DNA of 63,891 nucleotides, the filler included, from Sphacelaria rigidula (taxonomy: Eukaryota), in NCBI GenBank assembly GCA_964200075.2. It is 4 parts of 4 records of this genome, joined end to end, with 100 filler letters (N's around TTAATTAATTAA, not from the genome) between each part and the next. Parts side by side here need not be neighbours in the genome. Positions count along the whole stretch, not along the records: positions 32,006 to 47,903 come from CAXNAA020001556.1; positions 48,004 to 63,891 come from CAXNAA020001557.1; 2 more parts are not named here. One strand, 5' to 3'. A program made the position numbers and the translations under genes. Below the pieces are notes generated by a model, which was given only the letters and a program-made list of their open reading frames with translations, was not told the DNA's origin and ran no database searches. Shown here one piece after another: positions 38,370 to 51,520 of this stretch. Position 1 is the first letter of the stretch. Each line of letters begins with the position of its first letter.

Positions 38370-39583
38370 AGAAGATCTCCACAAGTGTTTGATGTCTCAT
38401 ACACCCCCCCCCACCCAACTGGCGTCTCGCACGCTGTTGTCGCTGGGCACCCAGAGGGTCGCTCACATACATGTCGGGTGAAATCAACGACGGATAACAC
38501 ACCCCGAATTCAAATTGGATATATCTGTTGCTTTCGTCGCACCACCACCCTTGCTGGCATGTGTGTGATAGAGAATAGTAGCAGCGGTGACGGAAACATT
38601 GCCCTAGTTTTCAACGACATGTTTTTCAGCGCACAGAGGCGCGTCCTGTACAAAAGGAGAGGCAGAGAGAGATCGATCTTGAAATTCATGAGCTCGACAG
38701 GCAATTGTAAGACGAGAGAAAATCTCTCCCCAGATTGATGTTTCGGCACATGGAAAATTGGGCATATGCTGGTAACATCGGTGATGCCAGTTTCTCGAGC
38801 GATTGGTAATCACCGAGCGAGGACACACAAAGGACATGGGTGAGGAGCTTCCTCTCTGTCGTTGTTCTCTCTCTGGTGATATCGCCATCGACTCGCGTGT
38901 ACATCGCATTCGTTAGGTGCACCTAACCACAGCTGCTTAACTGCTGTGGACATTTGGGAGGCAAGATGGCTTCGCTCGGTCGTAAGTGCTTCGCGTCTTC
39001 CCTGCAAAAAACAAATGCCACTTCAACCTCATTTTTGAGATGGATGGACCCCATTTTTGAGGGTCCGCTGTTATATCGTATCAATCGTCCAATCAGGGGG
39101 AAGGTGCCCATCTGCTTAAACGTTTGGGCCAATTTTTTCTCGTAGATTAAACCCAATGTCTAGGCATTCCTACACCGTACGGAGATAGCGTCCACACCAA
39201 ATCTATGTGAAACCCCGAACGATCCATTCAGCGGATGGTGACCATTTTTGGTGTGGATCTTTCCTGGAGCACCCGGAGACGACAAATACCCTCACCTTCA
39301 CCCAATTCGTTATATATCTCGAGATATGGCGCACATAAGGTTCCATATAAAAATAAACAAATTACGAGCAGAGGCACCAGATGCCCTAAATCTGGATATC
39401 GCGTCTCAGTTTTCGAGAGTTATGCTTTGAAATTCGGTATGAAGAACCGCCAGTGAATTATGAAATGAAAAAAACAGCTCTTTGGTTTTTCGTGTTTTTT
39501 CATTTTTTTCGTGTTTGAAGGGGAGTTTCGAGGAGAAGTGGACATTGCTCGTGGGCCTTATCTCATCTTGTTAGCTCAATTTT

Positions 39584-40255
39584 TGTGATGGTAAATGACT
39601 GTGTTCGAAGTAAAACTAGTCTTTTGGGATTGCGGAGATCCCCAGAAACGACCGGCGGGTATGAAAAGATTCTAGGCGAATGTGTACTTTGTAAAGTAGA
39701 TATGTGTGTTTTGGATCGTTGATTGAGGAACCTGTAGACTGGTCTGCGCATTACGGCCGGGCAATTACGCACATTACTCCGGGCGCTTTGATTGGCCACA
39801 GCACGGCACGTCAGGCTGATTTTGGAGTTGGATTGCTTGTATCCGATTGGCTGTATGGGGCACGCGCCCACCCAAGGCAGGCGCCTCCATGAGGGTATGG
39901 CAAATTGTCAGCGAGGCAGGAGGTGTTGGGAAAACAGCGACCCATAGCTGCTCCCCATCTCCAGCCACTTGCGACTCATCTGCCTGAGAAGAACTTGCCG
40001 TAGAACTAATCACAAGAAGGACCACCAGCTTTTCATCTGCTCTACACGGCGTCTCATCTTTCTGACCGGCAAGCCGTTCTCAAGAAGTGAGTAACGTATA
40101 TCATAATCCCTTAAAACTCTTTCGGGTTTTCCACAAGACGAAAGAGCTCGGTGCTTACTTTCAATAACACAGCTGTCTGCTGTTGACGAGTGCCTTGTGT
40201 GAGAGATACCCAACTCTTTGAGTTAACGAGTCGAAAACAGGACCAGTCGGTCACA
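39584..40255 (+). repeat. Probable 5' LTR of gypsy copy 2 (672 bp)
   Basis: TGTGA...TCACA termini, size like the copy 1 LTR, CCAAT-like gattgg boxes, upstream of the gypsy coding region. Confidence 0.5.
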
Positions 40256-43200
40256 TTCTCATCCACCTTGGGGTGTGGCTTGCTCTGCTTACGAATACGT
40301 CGACATTCATAGGGCTTCAGAGGTAGCTTGTTACCTTGAGCTGGACGGTTTTCTCTCCTTGGCTGCTGTGCACGCATCAGCCAACCGCAATCTTTCGTGT
40401 GTTTTGTTTTTTCAAGTACGGTATTTTCGGCCCTTGTTTTTCACTTTATATTTGTGTACACGATTTTTCGGTGTAACACACGCGGGTTATTGGGCAGTGT
40501 CTTGGGCAGCTGTTTCTCTTTTACTCGGAGTTGGACATACATTCCGACACGAGTTCGCTGCAGGTCTTCGATGTGTCACACGGTGCCCGCGTTGGTTTCA
40601 GGCAATAGCGACCGAACCACAAGGCGCTCCAGGTACGAGCGCACATGCAAGCCCTCTTTTGCTACACAACCAACCACCCCCCAAACACCCCGCAAGCGCC
40701 CCTGCTTACAGTCCGTCGATTCTGTATCAACCGAATCGACCGATATGTGTCCCAAAACAGGCCGATTCATGCTTGCAGGTAACGAGTACGCGGGCTATTC
40801 CAATCGCCGCCCGCTGCGCAGACGGTTTTTCTTCCAAACACGGAACGTTGATCCACCATGCGCACCGAATTATATCGATGCGACATGATGGACTCGGACT
40901 AAAGATGTTGCATGTACACGGGCATGATTGAACTCGGCAAGGCGCGAGGCTCATGTTACTTGTACACAAGCTCTCGACTCTGTACTCTTTTCACTTTCAC
41001 ACGGCATCAGGGCACACTAGAGTTTGATTGCCGCCCCACCAACACGCACTACAGTACATACTTGATCGTCCAGAGGGCCGTATACCTTTTGCATTGAAAT
41101 ATTGTTCCGAATTGAAGTACTGACCACAGTATAGTACCGTCTTAGATCCAAATGGTCTCGGCGGGCAAGATATTGCGGACGGTGAGGTGCGGTGCTGTCG
41201 CATACGTTGGTACTGTGCACTATCTGAACGAAGTCATCAATATTGTATTGTAGATATGAACACGACGCGGGTATAACGTTGTGTCGGGTTTTCTTCATGT
41301 GTTAAGAAGAAATTGACATCGTACTGCATCGCCGACCAACCCCGCTGCACCACGCGAAGATCATATGTACTGTACTGTGCCACACAGCATTTTTCTGTCT
41401 GGTGCTTTGTACGCTGCTCTTGTACTGCAGTACATATTTGTATTATGGTTGCGCTTGCACATTTATTGACTGTTTACCTGCACGATGATACGTCATGGAC
41501 CCCCGACTCGGCTATCTTCAGCGAACTGCGCGGTACTGTAATAAGTATCGCCAGCTGCGCTGGTATTGCCTCTGAAAACACGGCATCCGGTAGGTATTTT
41601 TTTTCTTAGCCTCAACGTATTCTCGAAATAGAACTGAGCGGTGTGACGTTGCTGTTCGCTGCATCCCACACGTCTATTCCTTCGTGGCATGCAGGTTTGT
41701 AATGCGCTGTTGCGCTGGTGACGGACACTATATGTCTGTTGATTGTGACAACCTTCGTTTTCTTGTCTCTTGCTGTTACAATTTATTCCAACACACACAC
41801 ACACACCTACGGTTTGTTGTGTGCCTTCGACACGTTTTTCCCCCTTTCGTCTGCACCTGATTGACGAGGTGGTAGACCTCATGCATGTGCGGAGTGCGCG
41901 CAACTACATGTCGATCGAGTGTCGACAGTGCCCTGCCACTCTGTTCCTTTTTATTTTTGTTCACTCCGCTTCAGTCCTCAACAGCTATGCTATCTCCCAC
42001 GACGAAACGTTCACTTTTCAACCATGTCTGATATCAACCGCCCTTCGACTTCATCGGAGCACGATGTCACGAAGGACGGTGCGCTCCCTACAGACAGAGG
42101 TGGAAACCCGAGTTCGATTCTCGGATTGGACACCATGTCATGGTTCGATACTCTATCTGGGAATTGTGCCAGTTCAGTGGGCACCAGGCTAGCGGCTCAA
42201 ACACAATCATTAGTATCGAAGCCATTGAGCTCGATTTGCTAGGTGGGGAGTCGACCCACACACCAATGACCAGGCGCCATGCCCATGGTTTGCCGGAGAC
42301 AAGACCCATATATTGCGTGCAATGCGGGCTTACATTTGTGAAGACCAAAGACTCCTCTGAGATAGCAGTCCGTGATAGTGTTGATGCTTCTTGTATTATT
42401 GGCAACCGGTTGGTAGTTGCTATTCGCGCGTTGAGATAAGTTCCCAATCAGACTCAGAATGGCCCATGACCTGTCGGGCTAGACAACGCAAGAGTATGAA
42501 ACACGGAATCTACTCGACTGGACCATAACCGATAAATCCGGAACAGAGAAACAACTGTACGATCACCCACTCGTAGTGAGACGGTTGCCAACAACAATCC
42601 GGAACGTTTCGATGTCGATGATAGTGTTCTTGCAGGGTACGTTTTCAGGGATGTGGCTGAAGATTTCGATGAGGACCGTAGTTCTCCTCCCCATGCTCAC
42701 CCCCCCTCCCTCAGTGAACATACCTCTACACCAACCAGCCACCCAAAACGCTAATGGTTATGCCATTGTTCATTCTCAGATGGCACCCCTCCAAGTGAGC
42801 CCTGATGCTACTAAAACCTTTCCTGACGATGACCTCCGCACCCAAACCGGTGCTGAACCCTCTCATCGCCCCACTCTGACTTTGGATACGCCACCCAAAT
42901 CGGAACAATCCCTGCCCACGCGTGACGAAACACACGACCGGCTTCGGCAAACCCGCCGAGCCTTCATTCCCCCGCGTCAATGGTACAATTTTTCGGTGAT
43001 GGAACAAACTGATTGCCGGCACCAGCTTTGAAACAACAATATCGAACAGATTAACCGTGCGTGGACAGACTTGGAATTTGCTCGCCTCGAGGCGGGTCAA
43101 CGTGAAAGTTTTTCAGGGGTCCAGGAGGCCGCGCAGGCCCCCCGTAATGTTGATGTCCACCCCGAGAAAAAGCCAGAACAGAGCAAACGAAAACGCGCGA

Positions 43201-46200
43201 TACGCGCATCCACGAAGACCCTGGAAAATGCGGAGCAAGAATATAAGGTGTTGCTTCGCGTCATTTTGGACTATGTTTGTAAGTCTGGCAATCACAACTG
43301 CGTTCGTACGGTCGCCTGCTCCGCCCCAGAAGGGACAACTGATTCACCCCCTGACCCACCTGACCTGGCACACTTTCCAATCAATCACATGCACCGGCCC
43401 ATTCACAAAACGGTAGACGTTTCACATGAGTGGACCTAGTGCCGCGGCTGAACCCCGCCAGGGCGGTACCCACACAGCACTGATGCTCACCTCACAACTT
43501 GGCAACATTTTGGGAACGTTATACAAGATTCGGAGATTCAAATAGCATCCAGTGACGTGACCCAGGACGCGTTACTTAGCCCAAAACCTAAGCGCCGCCA
43601 CCTGCCTGTCTATTTTTTACTTCTGTAGTTCATTTCTCATCAGTTGGTACAATCCCACAATCAGAAATAAACAATGACCGGTAATTCACCGCAGAAGTAC
43701 CCAACAATTTAATGTCAAGAATTAGTTTTCGCTCGGCCAGGTCACAAACATCACACACGTGAATCAACGGCGGCCACCGCGGGTTCAACTATGTGGTGTT
43801 GGTTCCCTGGATATGCTAATACTGCCTTGATTGGTTCCAAGACAGTCGAAGCCCGTGCACCGTTGCATGGCTATCAATTGAGCAGTGACCAAAGCAAACG
43901 TTTTAATCCTGGATTTGATCACCTAGTTATACATGCACCCGGTACTAATCATACTCAATTGAACCCCTTCTCTTCGGGGGAAAGGAAGTCATGTGGTGCA
44001 GTTTCTTTCGCATCAGGAGTTGAAATATTATCTCGTACGATAGACACTGCTGCTGCGACCGTTCATCGGGGAACACAAAACTCAGAGCCACGCACTCCAG
44101 CACCTCCCTTTTATTTGATGAGCGTAATCATTCCTTGAAGGGTCGCAACCGCAAAGAACCCATGCTTTCCGTCGCTCAGCGGGTTGAAATGGAACCCGAA
44201 GTGACAGCGACCCAGGTGGTGTGCCAAGAGCGTGACCTAGGTTCGACTGTCCGAGAACTCATTTCAATAGCCCCTGGAGAAGCCGACCCTTTCGTGCGCT
44301 ACACGCGTCACCCTTGGCGGGCTTCTCCACATGATCATGTACATAACCCTGATGTAGCAAGCGCACGTGAACCCCAAGGAAGAGATAGCGTGTGGGCTCA
44401 GACAGATGAAAACCTTAGAGTGGAACAGGCCGGTACTCTCCAGATTTCGAACAGATCGTTACTGCTCCCTGACCACCCCGCGTGCACTACGTTAGAACCC
44501 ATTTGCGATGAAGCGTTGCCGTCTGTAGGGACAGAGACTTCGCCGACTCATGGACGTTCGCACCCTAATCATGAAGGCACCTCAATCGTGTGTTCGTCAC
44601 CAGGCAAACAAAGTTTTACGCAAGACGACTCGTCTCCTAACTCGCCCACGTTGGCCCCTCTAATAGACGCCGGGTTGAACAGTACAGCTTCACCAACCCC
44701 GCGCCCTAACGAACCGTCTCCGCAACCTCCCATGTTGGCCCTAACTAGTGACGGTATTGAGTTGATTGGCGTATCAAACTCAACACCGCGCCCCGATGAA
44801 TCGTTCCCTGTTCCGACCAAGCTGGATAATGTAATTGATCCCGCTTTGCACAATGACGATTCGCCCCCTCTGTTGGCCAATAAGGGTGAAACACCACGCA
44901 CAGATCAGTTGTCGGGTCCAACCACGACAACTGCCCTTCCCCGGCATCGCCCCTCCGTTGCAGTATATGAGATTCAACCCTCGACTGGTGAGACAAACAG
45001 TCCAGGCACAAACACTGACACTCCATGCACGCACCATCCTTCCGACCAAAAGCTTGTCCCACAGGATTATCAACGGGTGTATTTTAGCACATTTGTTCAA
45101 AACGCGAAGCAGGATGTGTCAGATGTCATACCCGAATTCGGGCCCGATCTCGTCAGTGGTATTGCAACTGTGGATGATGCTTCTTTTACGACTAAGATAG
45201 GTTTACATAGTGAAGCGCGTGCAAGCTGTCATTTGATATCTCTTGCACTACCAGACTCTGGTTCACCTCAAACGTTAATCACCGCCAGCTGCTGGCAACA
45301 GATGATCAACGCGGGCGCGGCGGACAAGCATTGTCTGTCCACCTTGCACCCTCGTGTTTTTGGTGGGTTTGGTTCCTCCACATCTCTTACGGTCAATCAA
45401 TCGGTGAGACTAAGTGAACAATCTACCAGGATACTACTCCCACTGCTCGGTTGTCCGTACGGGCACTAATAGTGCCCGACGGTTCCATGTCTTTTGATGT
45501 TTTGTTGGGTAGAGATAGCTGGCTTCGTTTTTCCACACATACGTATACGACGGACACACCTGTCCCGAACCGTCCAGTCACAGGCAAACTGTCTCTGGGT
45601 CACTTCGACACTGATTCGGGAGCTCATGCTTATGAGGATGACCCCACGAAAACAGGTGATGCTTTCCGTCTGTACTATGTTGGTGAACCGGTAATCTCTC
45701 TTTCTCGTGAACCCCAACTAATACAAGTGAACCTCGTGAGACGCAATGGATCGCCCGCCCTCACAGGACATTATTCGGTCGAGTTGCTCAAACCTGACCA
45801 AGCACAGGTTGGTCCGTTTGAACAGACCGAAGTCTTTGCCCACGAAGGTAGGCAGGCCATTTACCTCACGTCCCCTGCATGTTTCGATATACTCAACGTT
45901 CAGTTGTTGGGTTATGCTCAAGCGCCTCTCATACGAACGGCCCTGTCAGATGTGTGCCCCCCGGCGAACAACAACTCGCCGACCGACCCCCCGAAAACAC
46001 GGGCCCCCCTCCGCTACACATGTCTGACCCCATGGTGGTGACAAACCCACCAGATGCGCCTGACCCTCAACCCCCAACTGCATTACTGGATAGATTTTCT
46101 TCAGAACAACGCGCCAGTTTCCAAACGTTGTGGGATGACATTCCCCCTCACTTACGGCATATTGGTTTTAATCTATCTGGCGATGGTTGGACACCCACTG

Positions 46201-47900
46201 TAATCGAGAGATTGAGATCCATCTTGATTAGATACTTTGAACGGTTTTCTACTGCACCCTTGCATTTAGGTCGATGTACCACGACACCGTTTAAGATCAA
46301 GATTCCTGATGGCACTCCTCCTATCGCTATGCGTCCGTACCGTACGAACCCCATCTTAGCGGATAAGATTCAGGTAATTCTCGATGGTTACTTATCTGCC
46401 GGTTTGATTCGGCACTCGACGTCTCCGTGGGCCTCGCCTTTAGTATCCGTCCGTGAGAAGAATAGCAAAATCAGACTGACGGTCAATTATCAACGATTGA
46501 ACGCTGTCAGCAAAATCGCCCGGTTGCCACTTCCACGGATTGATGAAATTATTGACTCTCTTGTCGGGGGTAAAGTATTTTCAAACTTTGACATGTAGTC
46601 TGGCTACCACCAGCTCGTGATGGATACAAATTCCATTGAACTGATGGCGTTTTGCACGCCATCAGGTTTGTACGAGTGGTTGGTTACACCACAAGATGCC
46701 GCCGGAGCTCCAGGTGCGTTTCAACGTATGATGTTTCGTGTAACTGATGGATTGCCCAAATGCCATATATACCTTGATGATGCGGTGTGCCACGACTCCA
46801 CACCGGCCGAACACGTCGAACAGCTGGCATCATTCTTTAATCGGTTTGAACAGCACAACGTGAAACTCGCACCCTCCAAATTCCGCATTGGCGCCACGAA
46901 GATTGAGTTCTTGGGTCATTACATCACCCCCGAAGGTCGTAGCCCAAACCTCGACAAGGTCGCCGCACTCTCCGATATGCCCATGCCACGGGACATTTCT
47001 CAACTGCGTTTCTTTTTGGGAGGTCTAAGCTACTATAGACAGTACTTGTCAAACCTTGCGCAAAAGCTAAAACCCCTCACCACCCTCCTCAAAAAAGGGG
47101 TGAAATTTGTGTTCACATTGGAAATGGAAAAAACCGTCCGCCGCCTCCTTGACATCCATTCGCGCCCGCCGATTCTCGTCTTTCCCGACTGGTCGGCCGC
47201 GGAGCAGGATTCCCGCCCTGTCCGGCTCCACACAGATTCTTCCAAAATCGGGTTTGGCTGCACATTAGAACAAGAGCAAGTCGATGCTACTGTTTGTCCC
47301 ATTGTCTATCTGAGTCGCACCACTTTTCCGAATGAATAGAACTGGTCTGCCATGGAACAAGAGGCCGGCGCAGTTGTTTGGGGCGTGCGACGTCTGCGTC
47401 AGTATTTGTATGACATCCCGTTTGTTGTTTATACCGATCACAAGTCTTTGGAAAGCCCTGCCAAAACGACGGAAAACAACGCTAGGGTCCAACGCTGGTT
47501 CGAAATCCTGTCGTCTTACAACTTTCAACTGAAGTATCGCACAGGTCCCCAGAACGCAAACGCAGACTTTCTGTCACGCTTGCCCACACCAGCTCAACCT
47601 ATCGATGAATCCCCCATGGGACGTATCATCGATCCCACCGAAGACATTGTATATTTCATAAGCAGGAATGGACATAGAGGTCTCTATACACCACTTGCAC
47701 TGAGAGAAACGCCGGCTTTAGGCATGGGTGGGCTGACGACCACAGCCCACGCATCAGTCCTAGGCAGCTTGCAACCTCAATCGTTGTACTCAGTTTGGAA
47801 TGGATTGCCTACGAACACTGTTGGCTATGGGGTGATGCTGCGATAGGGTCTGCACTTTTGGGGCCAAAACCGGCCTGAGAGCCACGAGAGTAATGTTCCA
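39584..47900 (+). mobile_element. Ty3/gypsy copy 2 (more diverged subfamily): decayed ORF1, protease, RT, RNaseH; truncated at gap
   Basis: PR LPDSGSPQTLI..VLLGRDSW (~45250-45520); RT SPWASPLV, YLDD (~46770); RH LHTDSSKIGFG, NANADFLSRLP; stops at 46596 and 47337. Confidence 0.9.
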
Positions 47901-49239
47901 TCGNNNNNNNNNNNNNNNNNNNNNNNNNNNNNNNNNNNNNNNNNNNNTTAATTAATTAANNNNNNNNNNNNNNNNNNNNNNNNNNNNNNNNNNNNNNNNN
48001 NNNCTTTCGTGCAAGACAGATATGCCACTTCAGCCCCATATTTTGTTTGAACCCCAAAATATAAAATCGGCTGTTATTATTAGATCTCTTAAGGCGCGAG
48101 GCGTTGATGGCGTGTTGTTCACGCACGAGAGTGAAAGCTTTGCGCTGGCGTGCACGTGCCAGGTCATGGTAGGATATCTGATCCTGATCCAAGCCTTGGT
48201 GGCCATCGAAGGTGTGTCTCTCGAACACGGTGATGGGCAAACGCGGGTAGCGGCTGAGATGTAACTCGTTCGGAGAAAGACCGGTAGCAGCGTTGACGGA
48301 GTTGTTATAAGATAACATGACATGTGAGAGATGGAGATCCCAATCGTTTTCTCGTTATTTGACTACCATAGACAACATCTGGGCCATGGTGTGGTTAACT
48401 CTTTCAGTACCACCGTTACCATTAGGGTAGTGAGCGCTTGTGGCTATCTTACGAATGCCGAGGAGCGTATACAGTTCGTCCGAGAGATCGGAGCAAAATT
48501 GCTGACCGTTGTTGGAGAGAAGCCGTTTCGGGCAACCATAGTGCTTGATATAGTCATGAACTAAGATATTAGCTGTGCCCGCCGCTGTGAATTCTCCAGC
48601 GGTGACTGCGTACATGGCTGCGTGACGGCCGAAACGGTCGGTAAAGAGTAAGATTTAGGTGTAGACACGGTCAGTGGGTGGTAAAGTACCGAAATAGTCG
48701 AAAGACACGAGGTGACTAGGAGCATTGGGAAGTGTCAGCGAAATAACTGGCCGACGTATTGTCTGTCGTGAGGTTTTGCGAGCTTGACACTTGAAGCATC
48801 GCCGAATCCAGAAGCGGGTGGACACTTCCATACCGATCCACCAGTGGAAACGTTCGAGTAACGCTAATGTGCGCGTGACACCAAGGTGGCAAGACAGAGT
48901 GTGGCAGCCTTTTATCACCCACGGTCGCATCAACAATGGGACATCTATCCGAGTGGGGTTATCGTCGAGTAGGCGTGCATGACGTCCAGTGGGCGCGGGT
49001 GAAGTTACACCCCGCTGGGGCGTAGGGCGGCAGACAAGCAATTCGATTCCGTCATCTGTTGTGAAGATAGTACATTTACGTGTGAGTTCGTACACCTCAG
49101 CGGCGTTTGGTGGTGGCAGTGTGCCAACCGGGGCCAATACATTGGTCGGGATAGGGGCAGGGCCGCCAACACGGAGGTACCGCATGGATGCGCGGCATAA
49201 TGGTTCTACTTGTTGTTCACGAGCCCAATCACGATGGGA

Positions 49240-50576
49240 CACACGTGGACAAATAGCACCGTGTGGGGCACGTCTACAGGGTTCAGGGAAACTGTGCAGT
49301 GTTTCTCGCGGGGATCTGGCTGTAGTTTTTGTTTTTGCGCCCCACAGGACATTTAACAGGGTTTAGGGAAATTGTGCAGGGTTTCTCGCGGGGATTTGAC
49401 TGTAGAGTATTTTTTTGTGCCACACAGGGTGCTTCACAGGGTTTCGTCACTCCGTGTAGAATTCATCGCTGTTAATATGCTGTGCAGCCTTTATAGCACG
49501 CATACAATATTCTCCATACAGCATGGGCATGGTACCGGGAGAAAAAAAACGGTCGAGGAGTGGCATGGGTGAGAATCGACCTCACGATTGGGTGTGCGGG
49601 AAAGCATTAGGTTGCCTATTGAGCTACATGTTTCGTTGTTTACAACGGCGTGTTGTTGTGCTTTTTTCTAAACAAAAGCATACTCGGTTGAGTGATTTTG
49701 GTAGACTGCGGACCACGGGGTTTTCAAAAGAAATGTGCATTGATATGCGAAGTATATTCCGTCATCCCAGTATCCACGGCTTGAGCGGAAGCGTCGTATC
49801 TGAACTCGTGGGCGTGTGGACATACACTCGATCGTAATCAGTGTATTGGATCTCCATTCAGCAAAAGCTGTTGAGAATTATTCATCCTTTAGCCCATGTG
49901 CATGGACCGGGGGGCAAAAGGATGAATTAGTTTCAACAACTTTTTCTGCTTGTCGGATCCCATATGCTGATAACGATGCAGTATGCGAGATATGCCCAGC
50001 CGACGCTATTCGCAATAAATCTCTTTTTGCCCAATTTCCGGATGAATTGGAGGGCAACGTGAAGATTTGTTTCGAGCTTCTTCTGCTGTTCGAATTCCAA
50101 ATTTGCCAGTGTGCATGGGATTTGCGCAGCAGAAGAAGCTCTTCGAAATATATCCTTTTTTCGCCCATTTATTTTGGGCGAAAAAAGGATCTGTTTCGAA
50201 CAGCTTCTTCTGCCGTTCGAGATACATCCTTTTTTTGCCAAAACCAATTGGGCGAAAAAAGGGTCTGTTTCGAACAGCTTCTCCTGCTGTCCGAGATAAA
50301 TTCCTTTTTACCCGATTCGGGCAAAAATATATTTATCTCGGACAGCAGGAGAAGCTGTTCGAAACAATAAATTTACAGGTTCTGTAGCAAAAATAATTTG
50401 GAATTTTCCAAGTGGGGAAGGCCTCTCCACAGGGTTGCTTGCAGGGTTTCGACAAAAACGCTACGCAAAATGCTATTACAGGTACTAGGGTTTGCAAAAG
50501 CTACACAGGGGTTTTCACAAAGACTGTGGAGAACCCTTTGCAGCTCGTCTTACAGGGTCCTATTTGTCCACGTGTG
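49240..50576. mobile_element. Non-autonomous CACTA/CMC-like DNA transposon inserted in gypsy 3 pol
   Basis: Perfect 17-bp TIR cacacgtggacaaatag / ctatttgtccacgtgtg; 2-bp duplication (one mismatch); removal restores FFASYSHRDWARE; subterminal repeats and ~62-bp tandem array at 50060-50370. Confidence 0.85.
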
Positions 50577-51520
50577 CAGTAACTGGCGAAAAATTCGCGC
50601 AGTTGGTCTTCCGCCGGAGAGCCGACCAGACATGGTGGCTCAGGACGCGGTGAAACAGGCGACGGGGGGGGGGTGCCAACGTCGATGTGTACATCGAGAG
50701 CATCAGAGGGGGTGGGCACTGACGGGGCCGCGGCGGGCGGTGTTGTCGCAGTAGTGCGTGCCGGAGATCGCGCTCGGCGCTTGTTGTGAGAATTGCACGT
50801 GGAAGAGGTTGTCAAGGCTCGTGGTGCGGTGTTGCGGGGAGCCGGCGCTACGCTGCTCGCAGGAGCAGTAGGTGATGTCGGTGGCGGCGGGGCGCGGGGA
50901 GGGTTAGCGTGGGCGGCAGACCGAGAGCGCGTGTTGTCGGAAATGAGATGGATAACTGGAGGTGGCGAAACTGCAATATTTGCGCGAGGACCGAGAATAC
51001 GGAAATCGGCGAAATCGGCGAAATCGGCGAAATCGGCGTCTGTGGGTTGTAGCCCATCCAAGACTGCATCATACGGTAGGGGGCGGGGGCCGCCCATGTG
51101 CATACCTGTTTCTGGGCAATGAAGGTCAAGGGCGTAAATGGGCGTTGAGAAACGCCGGATAGGATACACGCCGGGTTCATCGGGTTCAGTTAGTCGGCAA
51201 GCGGGGCTGGAATCGACAGCCGTTGGAGGAAGGGGCAAGCGGGAGAGAAGGTCAGCATTCCCGTTGGTTTTGCCAGGACGGTGCTTGACAGTATACTGAT
51301 AAGCTGTCAGGAACTCCAACCAGCGTTGCACACGCGGGTTATGTTCGCCAACTTCGGCGAGTTGTTCAAGTGCTCCGTGATCCGTATAGATTTGGAAAGG
51401 CACATGAAACAAATATTGTCGAAGGCGCTTTATGGCCCAAGTGATGACTCCGCCTTCCAGCTCCAGTGGACTCCAGTTGGCCTCGTTTGGAAGGGTGGCG
51501 CGACTGATATAGAGGATGGG

